This document shows positions 1-8,855 of a DNA stretch of 64,000 nucleotides, piece by piece (position 1 is the stretch's first letter; each line of letters begins with the position of its first letter). The translations under genes and the position numbers were made by a program. The notes beneath the pieces are model-generated. The model did not search any database and had not been told where the DNA came from. It saw only the letters and a list, made by a program, of their open reading frames with translations. The stretch comes from an uncultured Candidatus Saccharibacteria bacterium. Lineage in GTDB: Bacteria > Patescibacteriota > Minisyncoccia > Phycocordibacterales > UBA9973. The stretch is taken from NCBI GenBank assembly GCA_964527185.1, contig CAZGOI010000001.1:167097-231096 (forward strand). The letters are read 5' to 3'.

Positions 1-155
1 ATGGAAATTAAAAAGATTATCTAGGACTATTCAAACATATCTTATCCATCAAAGACTTGGGAACATCGAATGGCAATTCGACCTTTTGCTTGTTTATATT
101 GACACTGAAAACAGACTGGCTAGAGTTAGAACAATAGACAATATTATTTTATAAA

Positions 156-229
156 TGGTGCGGGATAGGGGAATCGAACCCCTGCTTACAGTTTGGAAAA
201 CTGTCATTCTACCACTAAACTAATCCCGC
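156..229 (-). tRNA. tRNA-Gly (anticodon UCC)
   Basis: Reverse complement is a 74-nt cloverleaf GCGGGAT..ATCCCGC-A-CCA. T-loop is TTCGATT. Anticodon stem ACAGT/ACTGT with loop TTTCCAA gives UCC. CCA is encoded. A first reading as Trp-CCA was discarded after indexing showed the CAGTT/AACTG stem would leave only a 5-nt loop. Confidence 0.8.
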
Positions 230-237
230 GTATTTTG

Positions 238-310
238 TCGGGGTGCCGGGATTCGAACCCGGAGTCGCCTGTTCCCAAAACAGGAATGTTAGCCGTTACA
301 CCACACCCCG
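238..310 (-). tRNA. tRNA-Pro (anticodon UGG)
   Basis: Reverse complement CGGGGTG..CACCCCG-A. T-loop is TTCGAAT. Anticodon stem CCTGT/ACAGG with loop TTTGGGA gives UGG. G37 is present. CCA is not encoded. Confidence 0.85.
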
Positions 311-389
311 AAAATCATAAAAACATTTGTCTATCTTATCATATTTTATATTAAAAACAATTGTAATTTAACACTCCTATGCTATCATT

Positions 390-1124
390 ATGGAATATAA
401 TATGAGGTTTTTGTTTATAATCTTTACTTTTATATCCACTTTTATTGGCGGGCTATTTGGTTTGAAATTTAAAAATAAAATGCACCTACTGCTTGGGTTT
501 ACTGCCGGCGTCATCCTCGGAGTAATCGCATTTGATATATTACCAGAAATCATGAAAATGATTGGAGTCACTGGTGTAGATCCTATATTTCCAATGATAT
601 TTCTAGTTTTAGGGTTCATACTTTTTCACATTGCTGAAAAAATTCTTCTTGTTCATCACAATCATGAAGATCAATATGGCCCACACACCCATAAAACGGT
701 AGGGAAGTTCCAAGCACTAGCACTATCGGGGCACTCATTTCTTGATGGTGTTGGTATCGGACTTGGTTTCCAAGTTTCAACAACAACTGGTATATTTGTT
801 GCTCTGGCAGTAATCGCCCATGATTTTGCCGATGGTCTCAATACCGTTTCTCTTATGCTTCGCCACCACAACACTGATAAACGGGCGATACAATTTTTGT
901 TTATCGATGCTTTTGCACCAGTGCTCGGAGGCTTGTCTACGCTTTTATTTAGTCTTTCTGAAAAAACACTCCTAGCCTATCTTGGGTTTTTTGCTGGATT
1001 CCTACTTTATATTGGCGTCTCAGATATACTTCCCGAGGCACACAGCAAAAACTCATCACTCAAAACTGTATTAATGACAATCACTGGAGTACTTTTTATA
1101 TTCTTAGTAACGCGAGCAATATAA
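390..1124 (+). CDS. ZIP-family divalent metal transporter (ZupT-like)
   Basis: 244-aa polytopic membrane protein. His-rich loop HHNHEDQYGPHTH. Motifs HSFLDGVGIG and AHDFADGL are typical of ZIP transporters. Confidence 0.7.
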   Translation: MEYNMRFLFIIFTFISTFIGGLFGLKFKNKMHLLLGFTAGVILGVIAFDILPEIMKMIGVTGVDPIFPMIFLVLGFILFHIAEKILLVHHNHEDQYGPHTHKTVGKFQALALSGHSFLDGVGIGLGFQVSTTTGIFVALAVIAHDFADGLNTVSLMLRHHNTDKRAIQFLFIDAFAPVLGGLSTLLFSLSEKTLLAYLGFFAGFLLYIGVSDILPEAHSKNSSLKTVLMTITGVLFIFLVTRAI

Positions 1125-1125
1125 A

Positions 1126-1150
1126 AGTCCTGATTTTTTAGATCAGGACT
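1126..1150. terminator. bidirectional intrinsic terminator between convergent genes
   Basis: Hairpin AGTCCTGAT-TTTTTAGA-TCAGGACT flanked by A/T runs, between the stops of 390..1124(+) and 1151..2200(-). Confidence 0.6.
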
Positions 1151-2200
1151 TCAGTTCTTCTTAGTCTCCTTACCCAACTCTCTCATTTTTAAAATGTGTG
1201 ACCAAATTGCTCCGCCAAGCTTTTCATAATTATGATAGGGGAGGTTTAGTTTCACACATTCCTCTTCTACCATCTTGCTAATAGCAGGATAGTGTACGTG
1301 TGACACGTAGTAGTACAAGTGATGCTCAACTTGAAAATTGAGTCCACCTATGTACCATGTCAATAGCCCACTTCTCTTTGCAAAGTTAGCCGTTGTGCGT
1401 AACTGGTGTACAATATCTCGCCTCACTGTTCCATTTTCTGACGCATCCAGCATTTCAGTCTTCTCGACAACGTGTGCAAGCTGAAATACAAAGCTGATGA
1501 TAACACCCGTCACCATAGTTGTAATAATGTAGCCGATAATTACTGTAGTAAAATCATGGTGTGTAAGTGGTAGGCCGATAAAAATAGCAACATGGATCAG
1601 TTTACTGAAGATCATCTTTAGATAATCAGTAAATTTATAGCCAAGATTTTTTGCTTTGATAAAATCAAGCAAATAAACCCAACCAAGATGAGAAAGCGGG
1701 TATAAAAGTAGTGGCATATAGATATGTTGGTATCTATGCCACCAGTACCGTTTCTGACTTGGGTGCAGCCTAGCAAATTTTCCAAAATCCAAATCCCCAT
1801 CGAGGCCATTGATATTGGTATTCATATGGTGGTCGGCATTGTGCTGAGCTTCCCATATGGGCCAATATCCACCTAGAAGGTTAAGTGAATAACTGAAAAA
1901 AGTGTTCCACATTTTTTTGCTACTAAAACTACGATGCACTGCATCGTGCATAACATTAAACCCAATTCCTGCTACCACAATTCCTAGTATTACCGAGGAA
2001 AAGTAGTAAAGTGGTTTAGATAAAATGTCTGTCGAAAGTAAAAATAGAATTAAAATAAGAGATAAAAAGAGCAACAAGGCTTTAAAATAGAGCCTGATAT
2101 CACCAGTGCGTTTGCGATTATGAAGGTACCCAGCAAGTCGCTGGCGCATATTCAAATCAAACGCCTGTGATCGCTGGTCGATCATAAAAGTTTTTTGCAT
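1151..2200 (-). CDS. membrane fatty-acid desaturase family protein
   Basis: Three histidine boxes HDAVH, HNADHH and QVEHH. Multiple TM segments. Confidence 0.75.
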   Translation of the reverse strand: MQKTFMIDQRSQAFDLNMRQRLAGYLHNRKRTGDIRLYFKALLLFLSLILILFLLSTDILSKPLYYFSSVILGIVVAGIGFNVMHDAVHRSFSSKKMWNTFFSYSLNLLGGYWPIWEAQHNADHHMNTNINGLDGDLDFGKFARLHPSQKRYWWHRYQHIYMPLLLYPLSHLGWVYLLDFIKAKNLGYKFTDYLKMIFSKLIHVAIFIGLPLTHHDFTTVIIGYIITTMVTGVIISFVFQLAHVVEKTEMLDASENGTVRRDIVHQLRTTANFAKRSGLLTWYIGGLNFQVEHHLYYYVSHVHYPAISKMVEEECVKLNLPYHNYEKLGGAIWSHILKMRELGKETKKN

Positions 2201-2253
2201 GGTAAAATTTTTAATGTTTTTTTTATCATACCATGCAATCAGTTAATAAAAAA

Positions 2254-2290
2254 CCACTCTAGATAGAATTGAGTGGTTTTTTATTTTTTG
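2254..2290. terminator. intrinsic terminator (serves hup on minus strand)
   Basis: CCACTC-loop-GAGTGG hairpin flanked by A-run and T-run, immediately 3' of the minus-strand HU gene. Confidence 0.55.
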
Positions 2291-2308
2291 TGTTTTGCAA
2301 AACGCAAA

Positions 2309-2581
2309 CTATTTGACTGCGTCTTTTAAAGCTTTAGCAGCTCTAAATTTTGGCACTCGTGTTGCAGGGACCTTGACCTGTTCACCAGTCTTTGGGTTGC
2401 GGGCCATACGTGCGGCGCGCTGCTTGACTGAGAAGATTCCAATACCTGCGATCGATACTTCTTCGCCCTTTTTCAAGGTAGCGACTATAGCATCAAACAT
2501 TCCATTCACGACTTCCTCGGCTTGTACTTTAGTACCTCCAATTTTACCGTGAACCCATTCTACTAATGCTTGTTTATTCAT
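2309..2581 (-). CDS. hup: DNA-binding protein HU
   Basis: 90 aa. Full-length similarity to HU/IHF fold, with the GFGxF-like arm motif and ARNPKTGE. Confidence 0.9.
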   Translation of the reverse strand: MNKQALVEWVHGKIGGTKVQAEEVVNGMFDAIVATLKKGEEVSIAGIGIFSVKQRAARMARNPKTGEQVKVPATRVPKFRAAKALKDAVK

Positions 2582-2807
2582 TATTTTTTTCTCATATTCT
2601 GATAAACATAAGAATTCTATCTGAATAATATTCGACCGTTTGCAAACGTATTCCTTAAAATAGGAGTAATACTATTATATACCAAGGTATTTTTTATACA
2701 AGTAAATATAAAATTTGACAAAATGCTAATTCTATTTCAATAAATCAATTTTAAAACCACAATTACACAATGAATTTTCAACAAACATGTTATAATCACG
2801 TTTACGT

Positions 2808-3188
2808 ATGAGTGGAATCACTAGAACTTTCGTTAGAAGCAAGGAAACAATGGATCGATATATAAGGGAAGCAAGCGAAAAGGTCACAAATGACCCATTT
2901 ATGACTTGGGATGGAGGAGTAATAAAAGAATTTGAGAATTGGGTGATTATAGACAACAAATACCCATATGACGCTATTGCAAGTACCAGCCATATACTTT
3001 GTACAAAGAGGCAGGTGTTGTTTAAATGGGAACTTTTGACCGAAGGAGAGGTAGACGAGCTAAGCCATATAAAGAAAAACTACCTGAACAATAATTATGA
3101 TATTATCTGGGAAAATTTACCAAAAGGCCAAACAGTCCCAGTGCATTTTCATCTCAACCTTTTGATACTCAAACGTGAACCAGCATAA
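2808..3188 (+). CDS. hypothetical protein, possibly degenerate HIT-like
   Basis: 126 aa. C-terminal HFHLNLL resembles the HxHxHxx histidine-triad motif with the third His replaced by Asn. Otherwise no recognisable motifs. Confidence 0.3.
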   Translation: MSGITRTFVRSKETMDRYIREASEKVTNDPFMTWDGGVIKEFENWVIIDNKYPYDAIASTSHILCTKRQVLFKWELLTEGEVDELSHIKKNYLNNNYDIIWENLPKGQTVPVHFHLNLLILKREPA

Positions 3189-3189
3189 T

Positions 3190-3216
3190 AAAAATCCCGA
3201 CTGAGTCGGGATTTTT
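3190..3216. terminator. bidirectional intrinsic terminator
   Basis: AAAAATCCCGAC-TGA-GTCGGGATTTTT between convergent 2808..3188(+) and rny(-). Confidence 0.65.
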
Positions 3217-3217
3217 A

Positions 3218-4744
3218 TTATCTTGCATATTCTATAACTCTATTTTCGCGTATGACTGTGACCTTGATCTCGCCAGGATAGGTTAGTTCTTGTTCTATTT
3301 TCTTGGCAATATCGTGAGCCAAATCTTTTGATTGAATATCACTTAACTTTTCTGGTGTGACAAATATTCTGATTTCACGTCCGGCAGATAAGGCATATGA
3401 CTTTTCAACCCCCTCAAAACTTTTAGCTAACGCCTCGAGGTCCTGCAGTCTCTTGATGTAATTTTCCACAGAATCACGGCGTGCCCCAGGACGACCACCA
3501 GAGATCATATCTGCTGTTTGAACTATAACTGCCTCGATAGATTCGTGCGGGCAATCATCGTGGTGACTTTTCATAGCTGTAATGATGCGTGGATCGGCTC
3601 CAAATTTTTGAAGGATTCTAATACCTATGTCTATATGCGTGCCTTGGACTTCGTGGTCGAGAGCTTTACCGATATCGTGTACTAGGGCGCCAGCTTTGGC
3701 AATCTGGATGTCTGCGCCTAATTCTTCGGCAAGCATTCCAGCAATGTGGGCCATCTCGATTGAATGCTGAAGAACGTTTTGGCCGTATGATGTGCGGAAG
3801 TACAAACGACCAATTATAGCGACGATGCGCGGATCGAGATTAAAAATTCCACATTCATATACCGCTTGGTCACCCTTATCTTTAATAATTTTGTTTATAT
3901 CTTCTTGGGCTTTGACTACAACCTCTTCAATCTTGGCTGGTTGAATTCGACCATCAAGTATCAAATTCTCGAGGGCGAGCCTGGCAACTTGGCGACGAAC
4001 AGGGTCAAAAGATGATATGACAATTGCACCTGGAGTCTCATCGATAATAAGTTCAACCCCAGCTGCCCGTTCAAATGCTCGGATATTACGACCCTCTTTG
4101 CCAATAATCTTGCCCTTGACTTCATCATTTGGAATATTGACCGAAGTCGTCATCATCTCGCTCGCTGTTGACGAGGCAAGACGATTGATCGAGGCCGCTA
4201 TAATATCTTTTGCCCGACGATCAAGCTTTTCAGTATTTGCAACTTCCATCTTTTGCATACGTACCAGCAAATCTTCTTCGTAACGACTCTCAATGTTTTT
4301 AAACAAAACTCCTTTGGCGTCTTCGACAGAAAGATGTGCGATTTTTTCAAGCTCACTTTCTTTTTCAGCTTCGATGTTGTCGATACGTTCTTTTATTTTT
4401 TTTACTTCCTCTACTTTTATTTTTACATTTTCGACTTCTTTATCTATCTCGACTTGTCGAGCATCGAGCAATTCTTCTTTTTTAATCAAACGATGCTCTG
4501 TTTGCTTGAACTCTTCTTCTTTTTTTGCGGCTGATTGCTGAGACTCTTCTGTTTTTTCCTCGGCCTTTTTCTTGGCTTCATCGAGCACTCTCTGGGCCTC
4601 TTCTTTGGCACCGAGCATAATTTGCTTGATCTCAAGCTCCATCGAACCCTTCTGACCGAGGGAGATAATGACTCGCAAATAGTAACCAAGACCAACCCCA
4701 GCGACAAGCGCCAGAGCTGAAATTACAATTGCTGTTAAACTCAT
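3218..4744 (-). CDS. rny: ribonuclease Y
   Basis: 508 aa. N-terminal TM helix, long coiled-coil and KH region (GKIIGKEGRNIR). HD domain (HSIEMAHIAGMLA..LVHDIGKA). Confidence 0.9.
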   Translation of the reverse strand: MSLTAIVISALALVAGVGLGYYLRVIISLGQKGSMELEIKQIMLGAKEEAQRVLDEAKKKAEEKTEESQQSAAKKEEEFKQTEHRLIKKEELLDARQVEIDKEVENVKIKVEEVKKIKERIDNIEAEKESELEKIAHLSVEDAKGVLFKNIESRYEEDLLVRMQKMEVANTEKLDRRAKDIIAASINRLASSTASEMMTTSVNIPNDEVKGKIIGKEGRNIRAFERAAGVELIIDETPGAIVISSFDPVRRQVARLALENLILDGRIQPAKIEEVVVKAQEDINKIIKDKGDQAVYECGIFNLDPRIVAIIGRLYFRTSYGQNVLQHSIEMAHIAGMLAEELGADIQIAKAGALVHDIGKALDHEVQGTHIDIGIRILQKFGADPRIITAMKSHHDDCPHESIEAVIVQTADMISGGRPGARRDSVENYIKRLQDLEALAKSFEGVEKSYALSAGREIRIFVTPEKLSDIQSKDLAHDIAKKIEQELTYPGEIKVTVIRENRVIEYAR

Positions 4745-4944
4745 AAAAGTGACAGTGTCACTTAAAAAACACGCATTATCTTAGAAGCGTCATATATTTG
4801 AAATTCTTATACGAACGATCGATGGAAAGGAAACTTTTGTTCATAAAATAAATTAAACTCATCAGCAGTATCAGATAAAACCGTATTTTAAAAGCGAGCA
4901 CCAAAAATAACTGTTAAAATTCGATATATCTATAGTACCGCACA

Positions 4945-6261
4945 ATGGTATTTTTGTCTATATATGATAGATTTGCTAGAATTAAGAGTATGAAATTTGA
5001 TACGCCTCCTCAACTTGCCAAGAAAAAAGACAATAAGAAAGAAATCAGAGAATTGGAAGAGAAATTTGTCAAAGATTTACAGGAAGTTAAAGACGATGAC
5101 TATATCAAAATAGCTTTGAAATATTTTTACTCGGATACTATACCAAAAGAAATCAAAACCCACATCTATGATTTGCTCTATACTGATCCAGACGGCGGTG
5201 GAGCATTCGTCGCTACAAAAAAAGATTCCACGTTTCTTGCGCCATTCTCAACAAGTGTCGAATCCTTTGAGGATCAATTAAGTTTTATAAATGGTAGACC
5301 AGAGAAGATAGTAGAAGACACTAGTATTGTCGAATCTTTTCATTATTATTGCGTTCTCTTGAAAGACGATCTTCCGTCTTTGGGCCAGAAATTTGAAAAC
5401 AGGTATAAAGATTTAAAAAAACTAGCTCAAAAAAGAGGCAGAGAAATAGCCAAGAGAAATTATTTCTTAGGAAGATACTTGGAAAATATAAATCTATCAC
5501 CACCCTGGGATCAAGGATTCAATCCAAAAGAAATCTCACCTAGTATGTACGTAGCCATCAATGGTCATGAAGTTTCAATATCTGACGGTAGTCCAGTGAG
5601 CGCAAAAAAGATTTTCGCTCTCAAGAAAAAATTTGATACCCTTGCTGAAAAAACACATGCTGACTACTATAGTGCAACGACACGTGATAAACCTGATCCC
5701 ACGGCGGAGCAAATTTTTAATAAACGTCAGCGGGAGCTTGGCGAACTGCGGCAAAAGTTAAAATCCTACTTCTCTACTCCGCAAGGACAAGATTTTTTTA
5801 CAGTCTCGACCCCACATATTCCCCCAGAGGGGATTCCAACAGTTTTTCGTTTCATGTCCCAAGGCGGAGTACGAGATGTCTTTGAGAAGACATTTAATGT
5901 TGGATTAAATTCTTTTTCTTTTCCGGAGCAATTCCGCATCTTTGAATTTATGTATACAGCGGGGGAAGATACAGTTATGAAAATTAAATCCTTGTCTGAT
6001 TCTAAGAAATTTGGAGTAACGTTCTTTAGGACCTTTCTCTCCATTGAGCAAGGTGGCAAGGAGATGGGCGATAAGATAATAAAAATTGCCGAGAAATTAC
6101 CGTACTTAAATGCTAGGATGATTTTTAAAAAGTATTCAGAAATAATAGATAGCGCTAATAAAATCACTGAAGTTCTAAAGAATCGGTTTGGCAAAGAAGA
6201 GACTCCAGAACTAGCAAACGCTATCAGGGAAAATGTGCTAAAAAAAGCAAAGATTTACTAG
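4945..6261 (+). CDS. hypothetical protein (no recognisable domain)
   Basis: Long ORF of 438 aa with coding-like composition. The start may be the internal Met at 4990 (MKFDTPPQ). Confidence 0.5.
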   Translation: MVFLSIYDRFARIKSMKFDTPPQLAKKKDNKKEIRELEEKFVKDLQEVKDDDYIKIALKYFYSDTIPKEIKTHIYDLLYTDPDGGGAFVATKKDSTFLAPFSTSVESFEDQLSFINGRPEKIVEDTSIVESFHYYCVLLKDDLPSLGQKFENRYKDLKKLAQKRGREIAKRNYFLGRYLENINLSPPWDQGFNPKEISPSMYVAINGHEVSISDGSPVSAKKIFALKKKFDTLAEKTHADYYSATTRDKPDPTAEQIFNKRQRELGELRQKLKSYFSTPQGQDFFTVSTPHIPPEGIPTVFRFMSQGGVRDVFEKTFNVGLNSFSFPEQFRIFEFMYTAGEDTVMKIKSLSDSKKFGVTFFRTFLSIEQGGKEMGDKIIKIAEKLPYLNARMIFKKYSEIIDSANKITEVLKNRFGKEETPELANAIRENVLKKAKIY

Positions 6262-6440
6262 CCAGTTCAGAGGGTCGACTTGACTTATGTCAAGATAAGG
6301 AATGTGTCAACATAGGCGCAGATATAGAACGAGAACTGAAGCATATTCATGAGGAAAATATTTTACTCGCAGGTGCATATAAAAATTTAATAAAATCAGA
6401 AAACATTAAACTAGATGAAATCAAAGGCATTTCCCTTTCC

Positions 6441-6905
6441 ATGGAAAATACAGTAGAAGGGGTAGCTAATTATCAGGACGAAATGATGCGCATTTATAAA
6501 GAGAACCGTAAAAATTATCCCCAGAACCTTTTAAAAGAAACTACAGAAGAATTCAGATCTATTCTAAATGAGCCTAGGGGTAATGAATTCTATATTCTAA
6601 AGAACAAGGAAGATATTTTGGCTTTTATGAGATTTGATCTACTTCCAAATGGCAACTACTATGCAGGTTCACTTAATGGTCGTAACGAAATTCACGGACT
6701 TGCCTTGGGTGGCTCGCTTTTAAAAGAACTTCTTAAAAGAAAATCCCAAGAGCACAATATTGAAGCTGTGGTATATGAGCAAAATCCAATGCTAGATAGA
6801 TATTTGAACGAATTCGGTTTCAAAGTCGCAGGCGAGATAGCAAACTATAAAAATACTGGTCAGAAATTCTACAAACTAGAGGTTAAGAAAGGTTCTCTTT
6901 CTTAG
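6441..6905 (+). CDS. GNAT-family N-acetyltransferase (putative)
   Basis: 154 aa. The acetyl-CoA motif-A-like segment EIHGLALGGSLLKELL sits about 85 residues in. C-terminal FGFKVAGE..YKL is typical of GNATs. Confidence 0.45.
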   Translation: MENTVEGVANYQDEMMRIYKENRKNYPQNLLKETTEEFRSILNEPRGNEFYILKNKEDILAFMRFDLLPNGNYYAGSLNGRNEIHGLALGGSLLKELLKRKSQEHNIEAVVYEQNPMLDRYLNEFGFKVAGEIANYKNTGQKFYKLEVKKGSLS

Positions 6906-7290
6906 TTGTAACTCTCTCTCCATTTTCCCAAGCTTGTCTGAAGAAGATCTTGTGCATATTGGCTATGTCTTGATCTTCGATAATTATGCCGATCTTTTTA
7001 TTTTCGGATAAAGTCAAGTAACTTATTTTGTTATCGTAGATTTGCATGACTGTGCCGAAGTTCCGAATTTCTTTGGCTATGCGTACTTCAGTCAATTCAT
7101 TGTTTATTTGTCTTGCATGTTCTTTAGCATAATCACTGTCTGGCGAGAGCATTTCTTTTTTTATCCCAAGCTTTATTCTTTTTTTGACATAGTCTTCGTT
7201 TTCTTTAGGTACAAATTTATTTACTGCCTCATTGTCTATATATTGCAAAATCGTTTCCTTGCTATTTAAAGAATCATTTATCACTTCCAT
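6883..7290 (-). CDS. hypothetical protein
   Basis: 135-aa ORF immediately downstream of, and co-oriented with, the TrmB-like regulator. Confidence 0.4.
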   Translation of the reverse strand: MEVINDSLNSKETILQYIDNEAVNKFVPKENEDYVKKRIKLGIKKEMLSPDSDYAKEHARQINNELTEVRIAKEIRNFGTVMQIYDNKISYLTLSENKKIGIIIEDQDIANMHKIFFRQAWENGERVTTKKENLS

Positions 7291-7299
7291 TATTCCTTC

Positions 7300-7689
7300 C
7301 TACCCTTCAAAAAACCTTACGTTTGGTTTACCGGAGAGCAGATTGTATTTAGAAGACAGTTGTCCTAGTCCAGCCGAGACTACGTCTTTAGCTAGCTCCA
7401 AGGATTTTTTGTCTCGCTCCATTTTGTCAAGAATAAGTGATGGATGGGCGGGGTAAAATACTGCGACAGTGCCTATGCCGCCCTTTTTTTCTACCAATCC
7501 CATGTTCTCAAGTTGCTCCAAGACTTTATATGTCAAACCTCTTTTTATACCTGTCCAAACGGAAAGAGGGGTTGCTTTTTGTGGACCCTTGTCTAGGAGT
7601 GTTTGGTAGGTCATAGCCTGCTCTTCAGAGAGTCCAGCTTGTTTTAAGATATTTTCCTCACTCTCATTATTCATACAATAATCATACAC
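7300..7689 (-). CDS. TrmB/MarR-like winged-helix transcriptional regulator
   Basis: 129 aa. Region LSEEQAMTYQTLLDKGPQKATPLSVWTGIKRGLTYKVLEQLENMGLVEKK fits the TrmB-type wHTH pattern. Confidence 0.55.
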   Translation of the reverse strand: MYDYCMNNESEENILKQAGLSEEQAMTYQTLLDKGPQKATPLSVWTGIKRGLTYKVLEQLENMGLVEKKGGIGTVAVFYPAHPSLILDKMERDKKSLELAKDVVSAGLGQLSSKYNLLSGKPNVRFFEG

Positions 7690-7787
7690 TATTTGTTTTT
7701 GTTATGTAAATATGACAATGTGGATAACTTTTTTATCTTTATTTATAAGACTATAATACCTACTATAGTTATTATATACATGTTATA

Positions 7788-7816
7788 TTGACAAGATAAT
7801 TTAATTATGCTATACT
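7788..7816 (+). promoter_or_regulatory. sigma70-like promoter (TTGACA-17-TATACT with TGC extension)
   Basis: TTGACA at 7788-7793, a 17-nt spacer, then TGCTATACT at 7808-7816. Confidence 0.5.
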
Positions 7817-7822
7817 ATCTGC

Positions 7823-8279
7823 AGAAAAGTTGAGGAAGGCAAATCGAAAAAAATGATTCCAAGACAAGCACATTGAGGAGAGAGTATAGAGATTGATGTT
7901 CACTTCTGAACCCGAAAGAGGATGGCACCTAGGCCTGTAAGTTAGGAAAGAAGAGAAGGGAACTAAACACAATTTTTATAGAATCTGTTTGCACTGTGAA
8001 TTGCGAGTAAATCAAAGCCGCAAACCGAGATTAACGAGCAAAAATTCACAACCGTGTAATCTCAAGTTAAGACTCGAGAAGACATAGGCAGACCATAAAG
8101 GCCTAACCCACCTTTGTGATCTGAAATGTCTTTATGAAGGAATTCCGACTAGAGGAGAGATAAAAAAGTCGGAGAGCACAAATGAGGAGAGAGGCCTGCT
8201 TTGTGATAAAGGCAAATTCTTTGACAAGAAAATAGGAAGTAAATTTCTTGATGACTCACTTCGTGAAGTTTTTCATGGA
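7823..8279 (+). ncRNA. candidate non-coding transcript or long structured leader (purine/GGA-rich)
   Basis: About 455 nt with no ORF of 60 aa or more on either strand. Strongly purine-biased on the plus strand, with repeated GAGGAGAGAG/AGGA motifs. Sits downstream of a good promoter. Confidence 0.3.
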
Positions 8280-8540
8280 GTGCGATCATCAAAAAATAAA
8301 AAAATGAAAAATGTAGATCTTAGCCAGATATATACACTCTGGCATTGTGCAAACTCTTTTGGCCTTGGCGAATGGCTAACGGCCAAAAGACTCTCAGAAA
8401 AGATATGGTTTTTTCAAACAAATGACAATATCGGAGGGCACTTTTCTTTGGTCAAGGTCGGAAGCCTTGGGGAGATAAAAGAGTTTGTTCGGGAGAAATA
8501 CTCGGACAAAAAAATGGCAGAAGAAATTCTGTCCCTTTAG
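8280..8540 (+). CDS. hypothetical small protein
   Basis: 86-aa ORF. No known motifs. Confidence 0.35.
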   Translation: MRSSKNKKMKNVDLSQIYTLWHCANSFGLGEWLTAKRLSEKIWFFQTNDNIGGHFSLVKVGSLGEIKEFVREKYSDKKMAEEILSL

Positions 8541-8556
8541 ACATTTGGGTTAAATC

Positions 8557-8645
8557 AGCAAAGGTGAGATGACCTCAAACCTTTGCTTTCTTATTCGGTT
8601 TCTGATTCGCTTGCCGTGAGCTTGCCGAATGGGAGATCGATTGGA
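8557..8645 (+). repeat. structured intergenic element copy 1
   Basis: Hairpin AGCAAAGGT-loop-ACCTTTGCT, then TTTCTTATTC and a partially conserved ~50 nt. Matches the copy at 10162..10255. Confidence 0.55.
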
Positions 8646-8653
8646 ACAAAATT

Positions 8654-8701
8654 GGTAAGAGTAAAAAGTTTTTCTATAGAGGAGAATTTTTTACTCTTAC
8701 C
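8654..8701 (+). other. perfect 14-bp stem hairpin (GGTAAGAGTAAAAA / TTTTTACTCTTACC)
   Basis: Seen directly in the sequence. The loop is GTTTTTCTATAGAGGAGAAT. Confidence 0.6.
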
Positions 8702-8855
8702 AAGGAAAATGCGAGAGCATTAGTACCCTCCGTAAACTGATTCTCGTACCAGGCATGCCAGCCAGGAGGACGAGTGAGGTAAGAGTTGCTGCCGAGGGAA
8801 GCCCGGATGTAAATCCCAGACTAATTCAAATCCTCGACTGGGCGGGGTGAAATAA

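Noticed and set aside
156-229. First-pass reading of this tRNA as tRNA-Trp (CCA)
   Set aside because: Explicit position indexing shows the only 5-bp stem with a 7-nt loop is ACAGT/ACTGT with loop TTTCCAA, giving anticodon UCC. The total length of 74 nt with a 7-nt D-loop also fits tRNA-Gly.
7823-8279. Possibility that the purine-rich region is RNase P RNA, SRP RNA or a group II intron
   Set aside because: No RNase P P4 consensus (GGAAAGUCCGG, ACAGAAUCCGGCUUA-like) is present. No SRP domain IV consensus. No RT or maturase ORF or domain V-like hairpin. It is left as an unclassified ncRNA candidate.
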